From IMG/VR virus record IMGVR_UViG_3300046370_000603: a stretch of DNA of 64,000 nt. One strand, 5' to 3'. Each line of letters starts with the position of its first letter. Position 1 is the stretch's first letter. Below the pieces are notes generated by a model. It saw nothing but the letters and a program-made list of their open reading frames with translations. It made no database searches and was not told the origin of the DNA. This document shows positions 25,894 to 35,937 of the stretch, one piece after another. Source of the stretch: a virus. Both the position numbers and the translations under genes were made by a program.

Positions 25894-26823
25894 GTGAGTG
25901 TAAAATGTAAAATATGCGGAGCAGAGTTTAAAACTGAGCGTTCCTTGCACACTCACATCAAGGCGCATGGCATATTGTTGTCTGAATATTATATTACATA
26001 TTATCCTAGATATAATTTATATACAGGTGAGTTAATTCCTTTTAAAAATAAAGAACAATATTTTAATACATTTTTTTCTAATAATATTGAATTGGAGAAA
26101 TGGGCGGCGACAGCCGAACATGAGCATGTACAACAAATATTATTATTAATGTTAAAAAATAGAATAATTAGTAAAAATTTAAAATACGCGCCTAATCATT
26201 TAGAATTAAAATTACTTGAGTTACCTGAGATAAAGATATATAAAGAATTTTTTGGTTCATATAACGAAGCCTGTCGCAGGCTTCAGGTTGAACCATTATT
26301 AAATAAAAGTATAAAAAGTAAATTTTTAAAAGAAAATAAAAATTTAAATGAGTTAGAGATATTGATTGACACTAGAGAGCAGCAACCCCTTACCTTTAAA
26401 AATAGCATTTTACAAAAATTAGACTTTGGAGATTATACAGCTGCGGGAGAAATGTACAGCAGGACTTACATAGATAGAAAAAGTGAAACAGATTTTAAGT
26501 CTACAATGACTGTAGGTTACGATAGATTTTGTAACGAGATGGATAGGTGCGTCAGCTTTGACTCATTTATGTATATTGTCGTAGAAAGCTCAATAGAGAA
26601 AATAATCAGAAATAATAACTATGGAGCACATAAATCAAATTTAACTTTTGTATGGCACCAAATGAGACTTATATCTCATAATTTCGCAAAGAATTGCCAA
26701 TTCATTTTTTCAGGAGGGAGAAAACGATCAGAGAATTTAATTAAACTATTGTTACATGCAGGACCTGAAATGTGGAATAGTGACATCCAATATTACATAG
26801 ATAACAGAATATTAAATGTATGA
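25894..26823 (+). CDS. C2H2 zinc finger + ERCC4 (XPF/Mus81) nuclease-domain protein
   Basis: CKIC...LHTHIKAH; IDTREQ...LDFGDY...IDRKS..DF; GTG start. Confidence 0.75.
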   Translation: MSVKCKICGAEFKTERSLHTHIKAHGILLSEYYITYYPRYNLYTGELIPFKNKEQYFNTFFSNNIELEKWAATAEHEHVQQILLLMLKNRIISKNLKYAPNHLELKLLELPEIKIYKEFFGSYNEACRRLQVEPLLNKSIKSKFLKENKNLNELEILIDTREQQPLTFKNSILQKLDFGDYTAAGEMYSRTYIDRKSETDFKSTMTVGYDRFCNEMDRCVSFDSFMYIVVESSIEKIIRNNNYGAHKSNLTFVWHQMRLISHNFAKNCQFIFSGGRKRSENLIKLLLHAGPEMWNSDIQYYIDNRILNV

Positions 26824-27257
26824 AAAAAGAAATTAAAATTGTATTAATAGATTTAGATAAAACACTGTGGAGATTTGACAGTTGGAATCAAGGTGTAGTC
26901 TCCGAAGAAAAACTTAGAAATTTTTTATTCCCAGAAGCTCTAGAGGCTATAGAATTAATTAAAAATAAAGGTTACAAGATAGGTATAGCATCTGCCAGCC
27001 CTTCGTCAACAATTTGTCATATTTATTTAGATAAATTATTTCCAAAAGATTATTTTGATATAATAATTATTCACCCTACATACCCATATAAAACTTATCA
27101 CTTTAATCAAGTTGTAGAAAAATTTGGTTATAGTTATAATAATATATTAATGATTGATGATTTAGAACCTATTATCGAGAACGCTAAAGCTTTAGGGGTT
27201 CAAACAATTCACGCAAAATCAGGATTATCAAAAAACTCTATAATTGACTTATTGTAA
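26820..27257 (+). CDS. HAD-superfamily phosphatase (MDP-1-like)
   Basis: DLDKTLW motif I, IAS motif II, K..H, IDD motif IV. Confidence 0.75.
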   Translation: MKKEIKIVLIDLDKTLWRFDSWNQGVVSEEKLRNFLFPEALEAIELIKNKGYKIGIASASPSSTICHIYLDKLFPKDYFDIIIIHPTYPYKTYHFNQVVEKFGYSYNNILMIDDLEPIIENAKALGVQTIHAKSGLSKNSIIDLL

Positions 27258-29116
27258 TGACTTGGGAACCAGGAATTCAAAAACGTAAAACACTTACAAA
27301 AGATGTAAACGAGGAGATTAAATCTTTAGAAGGATTTCTATCTGAAAACGAAGCTAAAATATTACTATATAAATTTTTAAGAGAAAATATCACTTTTAGC
27401 ACAAACTTAATAGCTGGAGTGGATTTATTTCCTTTTCAGCACATGGCTATTAAGGCTATGTTTGAATCAGATTATTTTTTAGGTATATGGTCTCGAGGAA
27501 TGTCCAAGTCCTGGACAACGGGGATTTTTGCCTTTATGGACGCCATTATGAACCAAGGTGTGGATATCGGTATATTATCAAAATCTTTTAGGCAAGCAAA
27601 AATGATTTTTAAAAAAATTGAGGATATTGCAGCCAAACCTGAAGCTAAATACTTAGCAAATTGTATAACAAGAGTTTCTAAACAAAACGACGAATGGGTC
27701 ATGGAGATAGGATCTAGTTCAATTAGAGCGTTGCCTCTGGGTGACGGTTCCAAGCTTAGAGGTTTTAGGTTTCATAGAATTATTATCGATGAGATGCTAC
27801 TCATGCCTGAGAGAGTTTACAACGAAGTTATTGTGCCATTCTTGTCTGTCGTTCAAAACCCAAAAGAACGAGAGGATATGTATAACCTTGAAACAAAGCT
27901 GATTAAACAAGGCAAAATGAAAGAAGAAGATAGATATGTGTGGCCTAACAATAAATTGATTATGCTATCTTCAGCTAGTTACAAATTTGAATATTTATAC
28001 AAATTATATGAAAACTTCGAACAACTTATATTAAATGAGAATGACAGTAATGCAAATAGATCTATAATGCATTTCTCATATGACTGCGCCCCGAAACAAT
28101 TGTATGACCAGAATCTAGTTGAACAAGCTAAATCAACAATGAGCCAAAGTCAGTATGACCGAGAGTTTGGAGCAATTTTTACTGACGATAGCTCAGGATA
28201 CTTTAAAATATCAACAATGCAAGAGTGTACCATTCCAGAAGGGTCTGCGCCAAGTGTTGAAGTAAAAGGGCTGGAGGGTGATAAATATATATTAGCATTT
28301 GACCCGAGTTGGGCAGAGTCCGAAAGTTCTGACGATTTTGCCATGCAAGTTTTTAAGCTTAGTGAAAAAACTGGTGTCGCAACCTTAGTTCACGTTTACG
28401 CTATGGCTGGAGAGAGTTTAAAAAATCATATTAATTATTTTTATTATTTATTAAATAATTTTAATATTGTTGCTATTGTAGGTGATTATAATGGAGGAGT
28501 TCAATTTATAAATGCTGTAAAGGAAAGTTCTTTATTTAAATCTTCTAATATTAAAATCAATATAATTGAAACAGAATTTGATGATTTAGAGAATTACCAA
28601 AAGTCTTTAAGAAGCGCTAAAAGAGAATTTGCTAAAGAAGGATTACCTTGCATACTCAGGAAACCTACTTCGGAATGGATACGCCGAGCCAATGAACTTC
28701 TTCAAGCTAATTTTGACCACAAAAGAATATGGTTCGCTTCACAAGCTATAGACGATCATTTTCAGTCTCAAAGAAGAAAAAAAATTCCAATTAAAAATCT
28801 AAGGTTTATGAATTTCGCTGAAGAAGAAGAGAAACAAAGCGATGGCGCTAAAATGATAGATTTAATTGAACATCAATACGATATGATATCGTATACAAAA
28901 GGACAGTGCGCGTTAATTGAAGTGCGTTCTTCGCCCCAAGGAAATCAAACTTTTGATTTGCCATTAACCTTAAAGAAAACAACTGGCCCGAGTAAAGCCA
29001 GAAAAGACTGCTACTCAGCATTAGTTTTGGGAAGCTGGATGATTAAGATATACTCAGACATTCATCACTTTAAAGACGAGACTTTAAATACGTTTGTGCC
29101 AATGTTCATAAAGTAA
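27257..29116 (+). CDS. terL: Terminase large subunit
   Basis: LFPFQ, SRGMSKS Walker A, LRGFR..IIIDE Walker B, SSAS, ILAFDPS nuclease motif, C-terminal KD.YSAL. Confidence 0.9.
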   Translation: MTWEPGIQKRKTLTKDVNEEIKSLEGFLSENEAKILLYKFLRENITFSTNLIAGVDLFPFQHMAIKAMFESDYFLGIWSRGMSKSWTTGIFAFMDAIMNQGVDIGILSKSFRQAKMIFKKIEDIAAKPEAKYLANCITRVSKQNDEWVMEIGSSSIRALPLGDGSKLRGFRFHRIIIDEMLLMPERVYNEVIVPFLSVVQNPKEREDMYNLETKLIKQGKMKEEDRYVWPNNKLIMLSSASYKFEYLYKLYENFEQLILNENDSNANRSIMHFSYDCAPKQLYDQNLVEQAKSTMSQSQYDREFGAIFTDDSSGYFKISTMQECTIPEGSAPSVEVKGLEGDKYILAFDPSWAESESSDDFAMQVFKLSEKTGVATLVHVYAMAGESLKNHINYFYYLLNNFNIVAIVGDYNGGVQFINAVKESSLFKSSNIKINIIETEFDDLENYQKSLRSAKREFAKEGLPCILRKPTSEWIRRANELLQANFDHKRIWFASQAIDDHFQSQRRKKIPIKNLRFMNFAEEEEKQSDGAKMIDLIEHQYDMISYTKGQCALIEVRSSPQGNQTFDLPLTLKKTTGPSKARKDCYSALVLGSWMIKIYSDIHHFKDETLNTFVPMFIK

Positions 29117-29158
29117 CTTTTAAGTTGACTTTGTAACTTTTAGGTGTATCATGTATGA

Positions 29159-31234
29159 GTGAGCGCGCCAAAAAAAAGAAAATACGAAAAAAAATCTAGC
29201 TACTGGAAGAAATTTGAAAACAAAACTCAAGCTTCTGCTCCAGAAGTAAATAGCAGTGTGGAACCAATGCTTTGTGGTGACAACTATTACACGAGCAACG
29301 CAAGCAACACACAGAAACCTCAATTGTTTGAAACAAAAAGTAGTTGTAATACTGTAAGCGATGCCTTAAGAGGCGCAGATAGAGCGACTACAGGAATGCG
29401 AGGCAGATATGGGTCAAAAGTTAAATCAGATAAATATAAAAATATTGCAGAAGGGTTATTGCCGTATAATATTAACGTCGATGGTGTTGACGTAAGAGAA
29501 TCTATAGAGCTGTGCCAAAAGGCGTATGCAAATATTCCAATCTTTAGAAATGCTATAGATGTTATGTCTGAATTCTCAAATTCAGAAATCTACCTAGAAG
29601 GGGGTAGTGAAAACGCTAGAAACTTTATATATAAATGGTTTGAAAAAATTAATCTTTGGAAACTAAAAGATCAATACTTTAGAGAGTATTATAGGAGTGG
29701 GAATATTTTCTTTTATAGAATTGATGGTGAATTTTCAAAAGAAGATGTTTTAAAGTTAAATAAAATTTACGGTAGCGCAAATCATAAATATCTTGATCCA
29801 GAAAAAATACCTGTTAGATATATTTTACTAAATCCATATGATATTGTTGCCTCAAGAACCAGTTCCTTTAGTGAAGGAGTTTACAAAAAAGTTTTATCAG
29901 AGTACGAATTAGAAAAATTAAAAAACCCAACAAACGAAGAAGATCAAAAAATATTTGATTCTTTGCCTCCAGAAGTCCAACAAAAAATTTCTAAAAACAG
30001 TTATCATAGAACGGGAGTATTAATACCTCTAGATCCTGAAAAAATAATATATTCTTTTTATAAAAAACAAGACTATGAGCCATTTGCAACTCCTTTTGGA
30101 TTTCCTGTATTAGATGACTTAAATTGGAAAATAGAATTAAAAAAAATTGATCAAGCTATTAGCAGAACAATAGAAAACGTGGTTCTCTTAATAACAATGG
30201 GAGCTGAACCAGATAAAGGCGGAATAAATCCTCATAGCATGAGTGCAATGCAATGCTTGTTTCAGAACGAAAGTGTTGGTAGGGTTTTAGTTAGTGACTA
30301 TACCACAAAGGCTGATTTCGTTATTCCAGATGTTAATAAAATATTAGGTCCACAAAAATACGAAATCGTCAATCAAGATATTCGAGAGGGTTTGCAAAAC
30401 ATTATCGTCGGAAAAGAAAATTACTCAAGTACCCAAATTAAAGCTCAAATATTTTTGGAAAGATTGAAGGAAGCTCGGAATGCTTTTATTAATGATTTCA
30501 TAATGCCACAAGTAAAAGTTTTATGTAAAAATATGGGATTCAGAAAATATCCTACAGTTAAATTTCAAGAAGTCGATATTAAAGATGAAGTGCAATTTCA
30601 AAGGGTAATCACTAGATTGTTAGAAATTGGAGTTATCTCTCCAGAACAAGGTATGGATTCCATAAGAACGGGGTTGTTTCCAAACGCAGACACTTTACAA
30701 CCAGCTCAAGAAAAATATTTAGAAGATCGAGAAAAGGGTATGTATAATCCATTGATTGGTGGAGTACCTTTGGTTGAAGCTCCTGGAGCTGAGGAAGAAA
30801 GAGATTTAAAAGAAAAGCAAATTAATAAGATCGCAAAACAATCTTCTGTTAACAACGCTCCAAATAATCAACAGGAAAAACCTCCTAAAGAAGTTGGCAG
30901 ACCGACTGGAGCAACTGCAAAAACATTATATTCTAGAAAAAATCTTCAGTCAACTGTTTACGATATTGAAAAATTAAGATCCTTTGCAACAACAAAAATA
31001 AAAAATAAATTTAAAGTTAAAAGACTCAACAAGCAGCAAACAGAAACTTTAGACAGTTTGATTGAAGCTGTTGTAGTGTCAAATCATAAAAAAGACTGGG
31101 AAAAGCAAATTGAGGCATGCATTAAAAACCCAGAAAAAATTGAGCAGTGCTCAGCGCTCCCTGAGATATTAAATGTATCTTCTGCGCATCAGTTGACTGA
31201 TTATCCAGCGGCAATACTTTTTCATAGTAAATAA
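29159..31234 (+). CDS. Portal protein
   Basis: Directly after terL; AY.NIPIFRNAIDVM, YYRSGNIFFYR; size and helical pattern; GTG start. Confidence 0.8.
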   Translation: MSAPKKRKYEKKSSYWKKFENKTQASAPEVNSSVEPMLCGDNYYTSNASNTQKPQLFETKSSCNTVSDALRGADRATTGMRGRYGSKVKSDKYKNIAEGLLPYNINVDGVDVRESIELCQKAYANIPIFRNAIDVMSEFSNSEIYLEGGSENARNFIYKWFEKINLWKLKDQYFREYYRSGNIFFYRIDGEFSKEDVLKLNKIYGSANHKYLDPEKIPVRYILLNPYDIVASRTSSFSEGVYKKVLSEYELEKLKNPTNEEDQKIFDSLPPEVQQKISKNSYHRTGVLIPLDPEKIIYSFYKKQDYEPFATPFGFPVLDDLNWKIELKKIDQAISRTIENVVLLITMGAEPDKGGINPHSMSAMQCLFQNESVGRVLVSDYTTKADFVIPDVNKILGPQKYEIVNQDIREGLQNIIVGKENYSSTQIKAQIFLERLKEARNAFINDFIMPQVKVLCKNMGFRKYPTVKFQEVDIKDEVQFQRVITRLLEIGVISPEQGMDSIRTGLFPNADTLQPAQEKYLEDREKGMYNPLIGGVPLVEAPGAEEERDLKEKQINKIAKQSSVNNAPNNQQEKPPKEVGRPTGATAKTLYSRKNLQSTVYDIEKLRSFATTKIKNKFKVKRLNKQQTETLDSLIEAVVVSNHKKDWEKQIEACIKNPEKIEQCSALPEILNVSSAHQLTDYPAAILFHSK

Positions 31235-31236
31235 TT

Positions 31237-31262
31237 TTTCATTTAATTTTTTTTTGCGTGTA
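31237..31262 (+). promoter_or_regulatory. Putative late promoter
   Basis: TTTCAT-N16-TGTA; same arrangement at 32671 and 39649. Confidence 0.5.
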
Positions 31263-31272
31263 TTAGCATGGT

Positions 31273-31878
31273 ATGCCTATGCAAAAAATTTATATTGATT
31301 TATCTAACAGAATTAAAAATCATGATTTGTTTTGTAATTGTGATGAAGAAGGTGTTGCTATCACCAACGAGATTTGGGCCGAGGAAAAGAATAAAGGGAA
31401 AAAATTAAACAAACCTTTTCGAACTCCAGGCGGACCAAAAAAGTTTTCAGTCTATGTTAAAAATGAAAAAGGTAACGTAGTAAAAGTTAACTTTGGTGAT
31501 CCAAACATGTCTATTAAGCGAGATAACCCAGAAAGAAGAAAAGCTTTTAGGGCAAGACATAATTGCTCAAACCCTGGCCCTAAAACAAAAGCTAGATACT
31601 GGTCATGCAGGCAATGGAGAGCTGGATCAAAAGTTCAAGGAGCAGAAGTATTTTTATCAGAGGAGCAGATTGAGGCAGTGATATTAGATGAGCTAGACGA
31701 ATCTGAAGGAAAGAAAAATAAACCTGGGCTTTGGGAAAATATCAGAAGAAAGAAAGCTAGAATGGGGAAAAATTACAAACCAGCTAAACCAGGCGATAAA
31801 GATTACCCTGATGAAAAATCTTTAAAGAAAGCTCAAAAATCTTCAAAAGATAAAAAAAAGAAAAGCGATAAAAAATGA
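31273..31878 (+). CDS. Basic head-region protein
   Basis: KKFSVYV...VNFGDP...RRKAFRARHNC...ARYWSC and PGLWENI motifs seen in marine phage head modules. Confidence 0.6.
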   Translation: MPMQKIYIDLSNRIKNHDLFCNCDEEGVAITNEIWAEEKNKGKKLNKPFRTPGGPKKFSVYVKNEKGNVVKVNFGDPNMSIKRDNPERRKAFRARHNCSNPGPKTKARYWSCRQWRAGSKVQGAEVFLSEEQIEAVILDELDESEGKKNKPGLWENIRRKKARMGKNYKPAKPGDKDYPDEKSLKKAQKSSKDKKKKSDKK

Positions 31879-33437
31879 ACTTTAAATACAAGACTACATT
31901 TTCTGATAATTTAAAAATTGATCAATTAATATCAATTGCAAATTCTTATCAAAGTCAGGCATCTTTAGATAATTTACAAGATTTAATTCCTGGTGATATA
32001 GATTTTGAAAAAAATATTGATATATTAGGAGTCGCTTTTAATGCTGCAGTTGTTAATTCCATCAATAAAAATGATGATGGTATAGATACAGTTACAGCAA
32101 AAAAAATTAAAAAATATTTTTTAAATAAACCAACCAATATTGAGCATAATAAAAAGAAAGTGGTTGGACATATTGTATCAACAGGATTTTCTAAATTTGG
32201 CACGGATGAATTGGTTGATGATATAGATGACGATTTTTCTGGGAAATTTAATATAGCTCTTGGATCTATTATATACTCTCATTCTTTTCCAGAATTTAGT
32301 CAACTAGTATTACAATCAAACGATGAAGGGCATGAGCTATATCAATCGGTGTCCGCCAGTTGGGAGCTTGGATTTAATGAATATAATATTGCTTTAGGTA
32401 GTAAAGATTTAAATGAAGCAGAAATAATCACAGATGAAAAACAGATTCGAGAATTGTCTGTATATTTAAGAGGGTTTGACGGCGAAGGCGAATTAAACGA
32501 CGGAACTCCAGTATATCGAGTTGTAGCAGGTGAAGTTTATCCATTAGGCATTGGTTTTACAGGCAACCCCGCTGCTGATGTTAAGGGTTTAATTACTAAT
32601 AAAAAAAAAGTAGAGAGTGACTTAGAGGAGTACGTAGAGGAACACGCTGAAAATAAAAATGAAAAAAAAATTTCACAAAACGAAAAAATTGATGTAAATA
32701 ACAATATTAACCAAATTTCTAATATGCAAAAACAAGAACTCATTGAAGAATTTAAAGTGCTTCTAGACGAAAAAATGCCCGAGCATAATTTCACCCAAGA
32801 GGCTGTAGCGAATATTAGTCGCGTTATCGGAGATGCAATAAAATCCAAAAGCGACGAATATGAAAAAGAACTTTCAGCTATCGACTCTCAAAAAGAAGAG
32901 CTCGAAAAAGTTGAAGCTAACCTTAAGGAGGAGATTGAAAACCTCAAAGCTCAATTAGCTAAATCTGAAGAAACTGTTGATTCCTTAAATGGTGAAATCT
33001 TGGAGTCTCAACAGGAGCAAGCTTTCAACGCCAGAATGGAAACTGTTGAAGCTACTTATGAAATCAACGAAGAAGATCGTAAAGTTTTAGCTAAAGAAAT
33101 TCAAGAGCTCGACATTGAAGATAAATCTTTTGAAGATTATCAATCAAAGCTTGAAGTTATGTGGGCTCACAAAAACAAAGAGTATTTAGCGAAGCAGGAA
33201 AAACTTTTCGCAGAAAAAGTTGAAGCTGAAGTTCAAAAAAGATTGTCTGGGGAAACTTCCGAAGCAACAGAATCTCAGGAAGAAACTGAAGAAGTTGAAG
33301 AAGTTCTCGCAGATGTACAAGAAGAAGTTTCCGAAGTTGCAACTAACAATAACTTAGATAGCGCAACTGAAGAACCATCATTGAGAGACAAATTTTCCAT
33401 GGCTTTTGCTAAAGAAAATATATCTATAAAATTTTAA
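31875..33437 (+). CDS. Prohead protease fused to acidic scaffold
   Basis: NKNDD...EH...VG.I...S.SWE protease-like N-half; Glu-rich coiled-coil C-half; upstream of capsid genes. Confidence 0.75.
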   Translation: MNFKYKTTFSDNLKIDQLISIANSYQSQASLDNLQDLIPGDIDFEKNIDILGVAFNAAVVNSINKNDDGIDTVTAKKIKKYFLNKPTNIEHNKKKVVGHIVSTGFSKFGTDELVDDIDDDFSGKFNIALGSIIYSHSFPEFSQLVLQSNDEGHELYQSVSASWELGFNEYNIALGSKDLNEAEIITDEKQIRELSVYLRGFDGEGELNDGTPVYRVVAGEVYPLGIGFTGNPAADVKGLITNKKKVESDLEEYVEEHAENKNEKKISQNEKIDVNNNINQISNMQKQELIEEFKVLLDEKMPEHNFTQEAVANISRVIGDAIKSKSDEYEKELSAIDSQKEELEKVEANLKEEIENLKAQLAKSEETVDSLNGEILESQQEQAFNARMETVEATYEINEEDRKVLAKEIQELDIEDKSFEDYQSKLEVMWAHKNKEYLAKQEKLFAEKVEAEVQKRLSGETSEATESQEETEEVEEVLADVQEEVSEVATNNNLDSATEEPSLRDKFSMAFAKENISIKF

Positions 33438-33449
33438 CCTAATAAAAAA

Positions 33450-34121
33450 ATGCATAAATTACTACCATTTAGACAGTACGACGAAAAAGATGTTATCAAT
33501 CTTCTTTCTCTTGACGTAAGTTCTGGCGCAGGAAGCGAGTACATTAATCTCAAACCTGGCGACAAGGCTTTTAACAATGGAGGCAATTGGTCAGGAACTC
33601 TTGTCGATACAGCCTCCACAAACAACAAGATTGGAGCTGATCAACCAGCAAGAACTAATGATAGTTATCTTGGAGCAATTGGATCTGGAGATCAAGGATT
33701 TGCAATGCAAGAAGGTAGCATTTACCCAACTACTCAAATGAATGTTGGGATTGTCGCAGCAGATGCTGGTGCAGCATTAGGTTTGACATTACGCCCAACA
33801 CTCGCATGGGATGAGAACTTGATGAAGTTGCTCAATTATGATGTAAAGAAAGATGAGCTTCAAGCCGTGCTTCCTGGTGAAGCAGTGCCTGTAGCTACAA
33901 AAGGTTTCTTTACTGTAAAAGTTGGAACAGCTGAAGGAGATGGAGCTGGTATCTTCCATGCAAGTGGAATAGGTGCTGGAGGTATTGTCCCAGGAGCTAT
34001 TTTAAAAGCTGGTGGAAGTGGACAACTTACACTTAATGGCGATAGTCAAGTCACTTTCGCTAAAGTTATTGCTACTGGAGCAGGAGCTGGAGACGATGTT
34101 GCTTTAATTCAACTAGGATAA
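33450..34121 (+). CDS. Head decoration/minor capsid protein
   Basis: Gly/Ala-rich beta protein between scaffold and major capsid gene. Confidence 0.6.
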   Translation: MHKLLPFRQYDEKDVINLLSLDVSSGAGSEYINLKPGDKAFNNGGNWSGTLVDTASTNNKIGADQPARTNDSYLGAIGSGDQGFAMQEGSIYPTTQMNVGIVAADAGAALGLTLRPTLAWDENLMKLLNYDVKKDELQAVLPGEAVPVATKGFFTVKVGTAEGDGAGIFHASGIGAGGIVPGAILKAGGSGQLTLNGDSQVTFAKVIATGAGAGDDVALIQLG

Positions 34122-34141
34122 TTTAGAAAGATTTAAATATT

Positions 34142-35341
34142 ATGAATATTACACTAAAACGTACAGAAGAACAAGTTGAGCTCATTAAAGCGATGGCTTC
34201 CAAGAATCGCAATGTAGCACATGAAGCGCAAGCCGCTGCTGCAGAATTTATTGCTCCAGTTTTGGCTGAGGTTATTAATAACGCTCCTAGTTTGAGCAAT
34301 ATGTTCACAAGCTTTTCATTCAATGAAGATGATAATCCATCAATTCCTTTGGATTTGTACCACGACATTACTGATACTGATTACATTAGTATTTACGTTC
34401 AGAATGTTCCTGGTGGATTACCTTCTAACTCAATCATGCCTTCACATAGTGAGCTTAAATTCACTACCTACAGGCTCGAAACAGCTCTTGATTTTGATCG
34501 TAGATACGCTGCAAGATCACGACTTGACGTAGTTAGTAAAACATTTTCTAGGTTGGCTCAAGAATTGATGCTTAAACAAGAAGCTACTTCAGCCAATCTT
34601 ATTTTAGGAGTTTTGGCTGCAGCTCAGACAAACACAAAAGATCACGTTGTGACTTCTCACAACCAAGGTCAATTCTTACTCGCTGATGTTAATAAACTTA
34701 TTACTCACGCAAAAAGAATCAATACTGCTTGGAATAAAGGAACACCTATAACCAAGAATCGTGGAGTAACTGATTTGCTTATTTCTCCAGAAGTTATGGG
34801 CGAAATTCGCGCAATGGCTTACAACCCAATCAATACTCGCGGTCTTGAGACTAACCTTACTGGTACTATTGATGGCACTCCTGGTGTTGCTGGCGATGCA
34901 AGTATTGGTGATGGCGTTACTGTTAACAGTACTGGTGGAGGAGTTATTCCTGCAACTGATGAAATGCGTAACGCATTGTACAACAACGCTGGCGCTTCCG
35001 AGCTATACGGACTTAGCTTTACTGAGCTCAATGAACTTGGTCAAGAACAAAAGTTCAATGGTGTATTTTCTACACTTGACGGAGCAGGTTCATCCAACAA
35101 AGGTTGGAGCGGAGGGGCCTTCTCTAACGGCGCAGGAGGAGATCAATTGATCATTGGTATTGATCGCTCCAGAGAATCTCTCATGAGGGCTATCGCCGTT
35201 GATTCGGAAACAGGTGCTGAACTTAATTTAGCAGCTGATGATCAATATACTGTTCGCCAACAAAAAATCGGATACTATGGTTCGATTGAAGAAGGCAGAA
35301 TGGTTGTTGACAGCCGAGCTCTTACAGGTATTGTTATGTAA
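34142..35341 (+). CDS. Major capsid protein
   Basis: 399 aa, synteny, followed by strong terminator. Confidence 0.8.
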   Translation: MNITLKRTEEQVELIKAMASKNRNVAHEAQAAAAEFIAPVLAEVINNAPSLSNMFTSFSFNEDDNPSIPLDLYHDITDTDYISIYVQNVPGGLPSNSIMPSHSELKFTTYRLETALDFDRRYAARSRLDVVSKTFSRLAQELMLKQEATSANLILGVLAAAQTNTKDHVVTSHNQGQFLLADVNKLITHAKRINTAWNKGTPITKNRGVTDLLISPEVMGEIRAMAYNPINTRGLETNLTGTIDGTPGVAGDASIGDGVTVNSTGGGVIPATDEMRNALYNNAGASELYGLSFTELNELGQEQKFNGVFSTLDGAGSSNKGWSGGAFSNGAGGDQLIIGIDRSRESLMRAIAVDSETGAELNLAADDQYTVRQQKIGYYGSIEEGRMVVDSRALTGIVM

Positions 35342-35370
35342 GAGTAGAACATCAGTAAGTTCTAACTTTA

Positions 35371-35398
35371 AAAATCCACCCTATGGGTGGATTTTTTT
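35371..35398 (+). terminator. Intrinsic terminator
   Basis: AAAATCCACCC-TAT-GGGTGGATTTT plus T-tract. Confidence 0.85.
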
Positions 35399-35444
35399 GT
35401 TCCCAGGGGTAATATAAAGGTGTAACAATTAATATTGAATACTC

Positions 35445-35825
35445 ATGAGCAAAACAAAACGCAATAAGAAAAAAATAGAAAAAACTCCACTATATACCGA
35501 CGGAAAAGCAGCTGGAGCTTCAGAAATCGAAAAAATAAGAGATCTGGAAAATTTACTACGACCAAACATTGAGAATCCATTTGGTACTGATAGTCAAGAA
35601 AAGTTCGAAGAAGATCTTGCGAATATGAATTTAACAGATTTACAATCATTAGCTGTAAGCGCTGGAGTTTTTCCTTCTGGTAATAAAACAACATTAAAAA
35701 ATAAACTTAAAAAAGAATTTAATGCTGTTGTAGTTGGAGGTAAAGGACGATCTTTTCAGGTTACTAAACCAATGATTGATGTAAATGATTTAACAGAAGA
35801 TCAAAAAAAACTGTTCAACCTATAA
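35445..35825 (+). CDS. Hypothetical protein
   Basis: ORF after capsid terminator with GGTGTAA upstream. Confidence 0.7.
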   Translation: MSKTKRNKKKIEKTPLYTDGKAAGASEIEKIRDLENLLRPNIENPFGTDSQEKFEEDLANMNLTDLQSLAVSAGVFPSGNKTTLKNKLKKEFNAVVVGGKGRSFQVTKPMIDVNDLTEDQKKLFNL

Positions 35826-35937
35826 GGTAATGCGATATGAAAATACTCACAACAATTAACCTAAGTGGGTATTTGCGTATTAACATAATTAAAAACACAT
35901 CAATACTGCGCTAAAGCGCTGATGAAAGGTCTTAATC

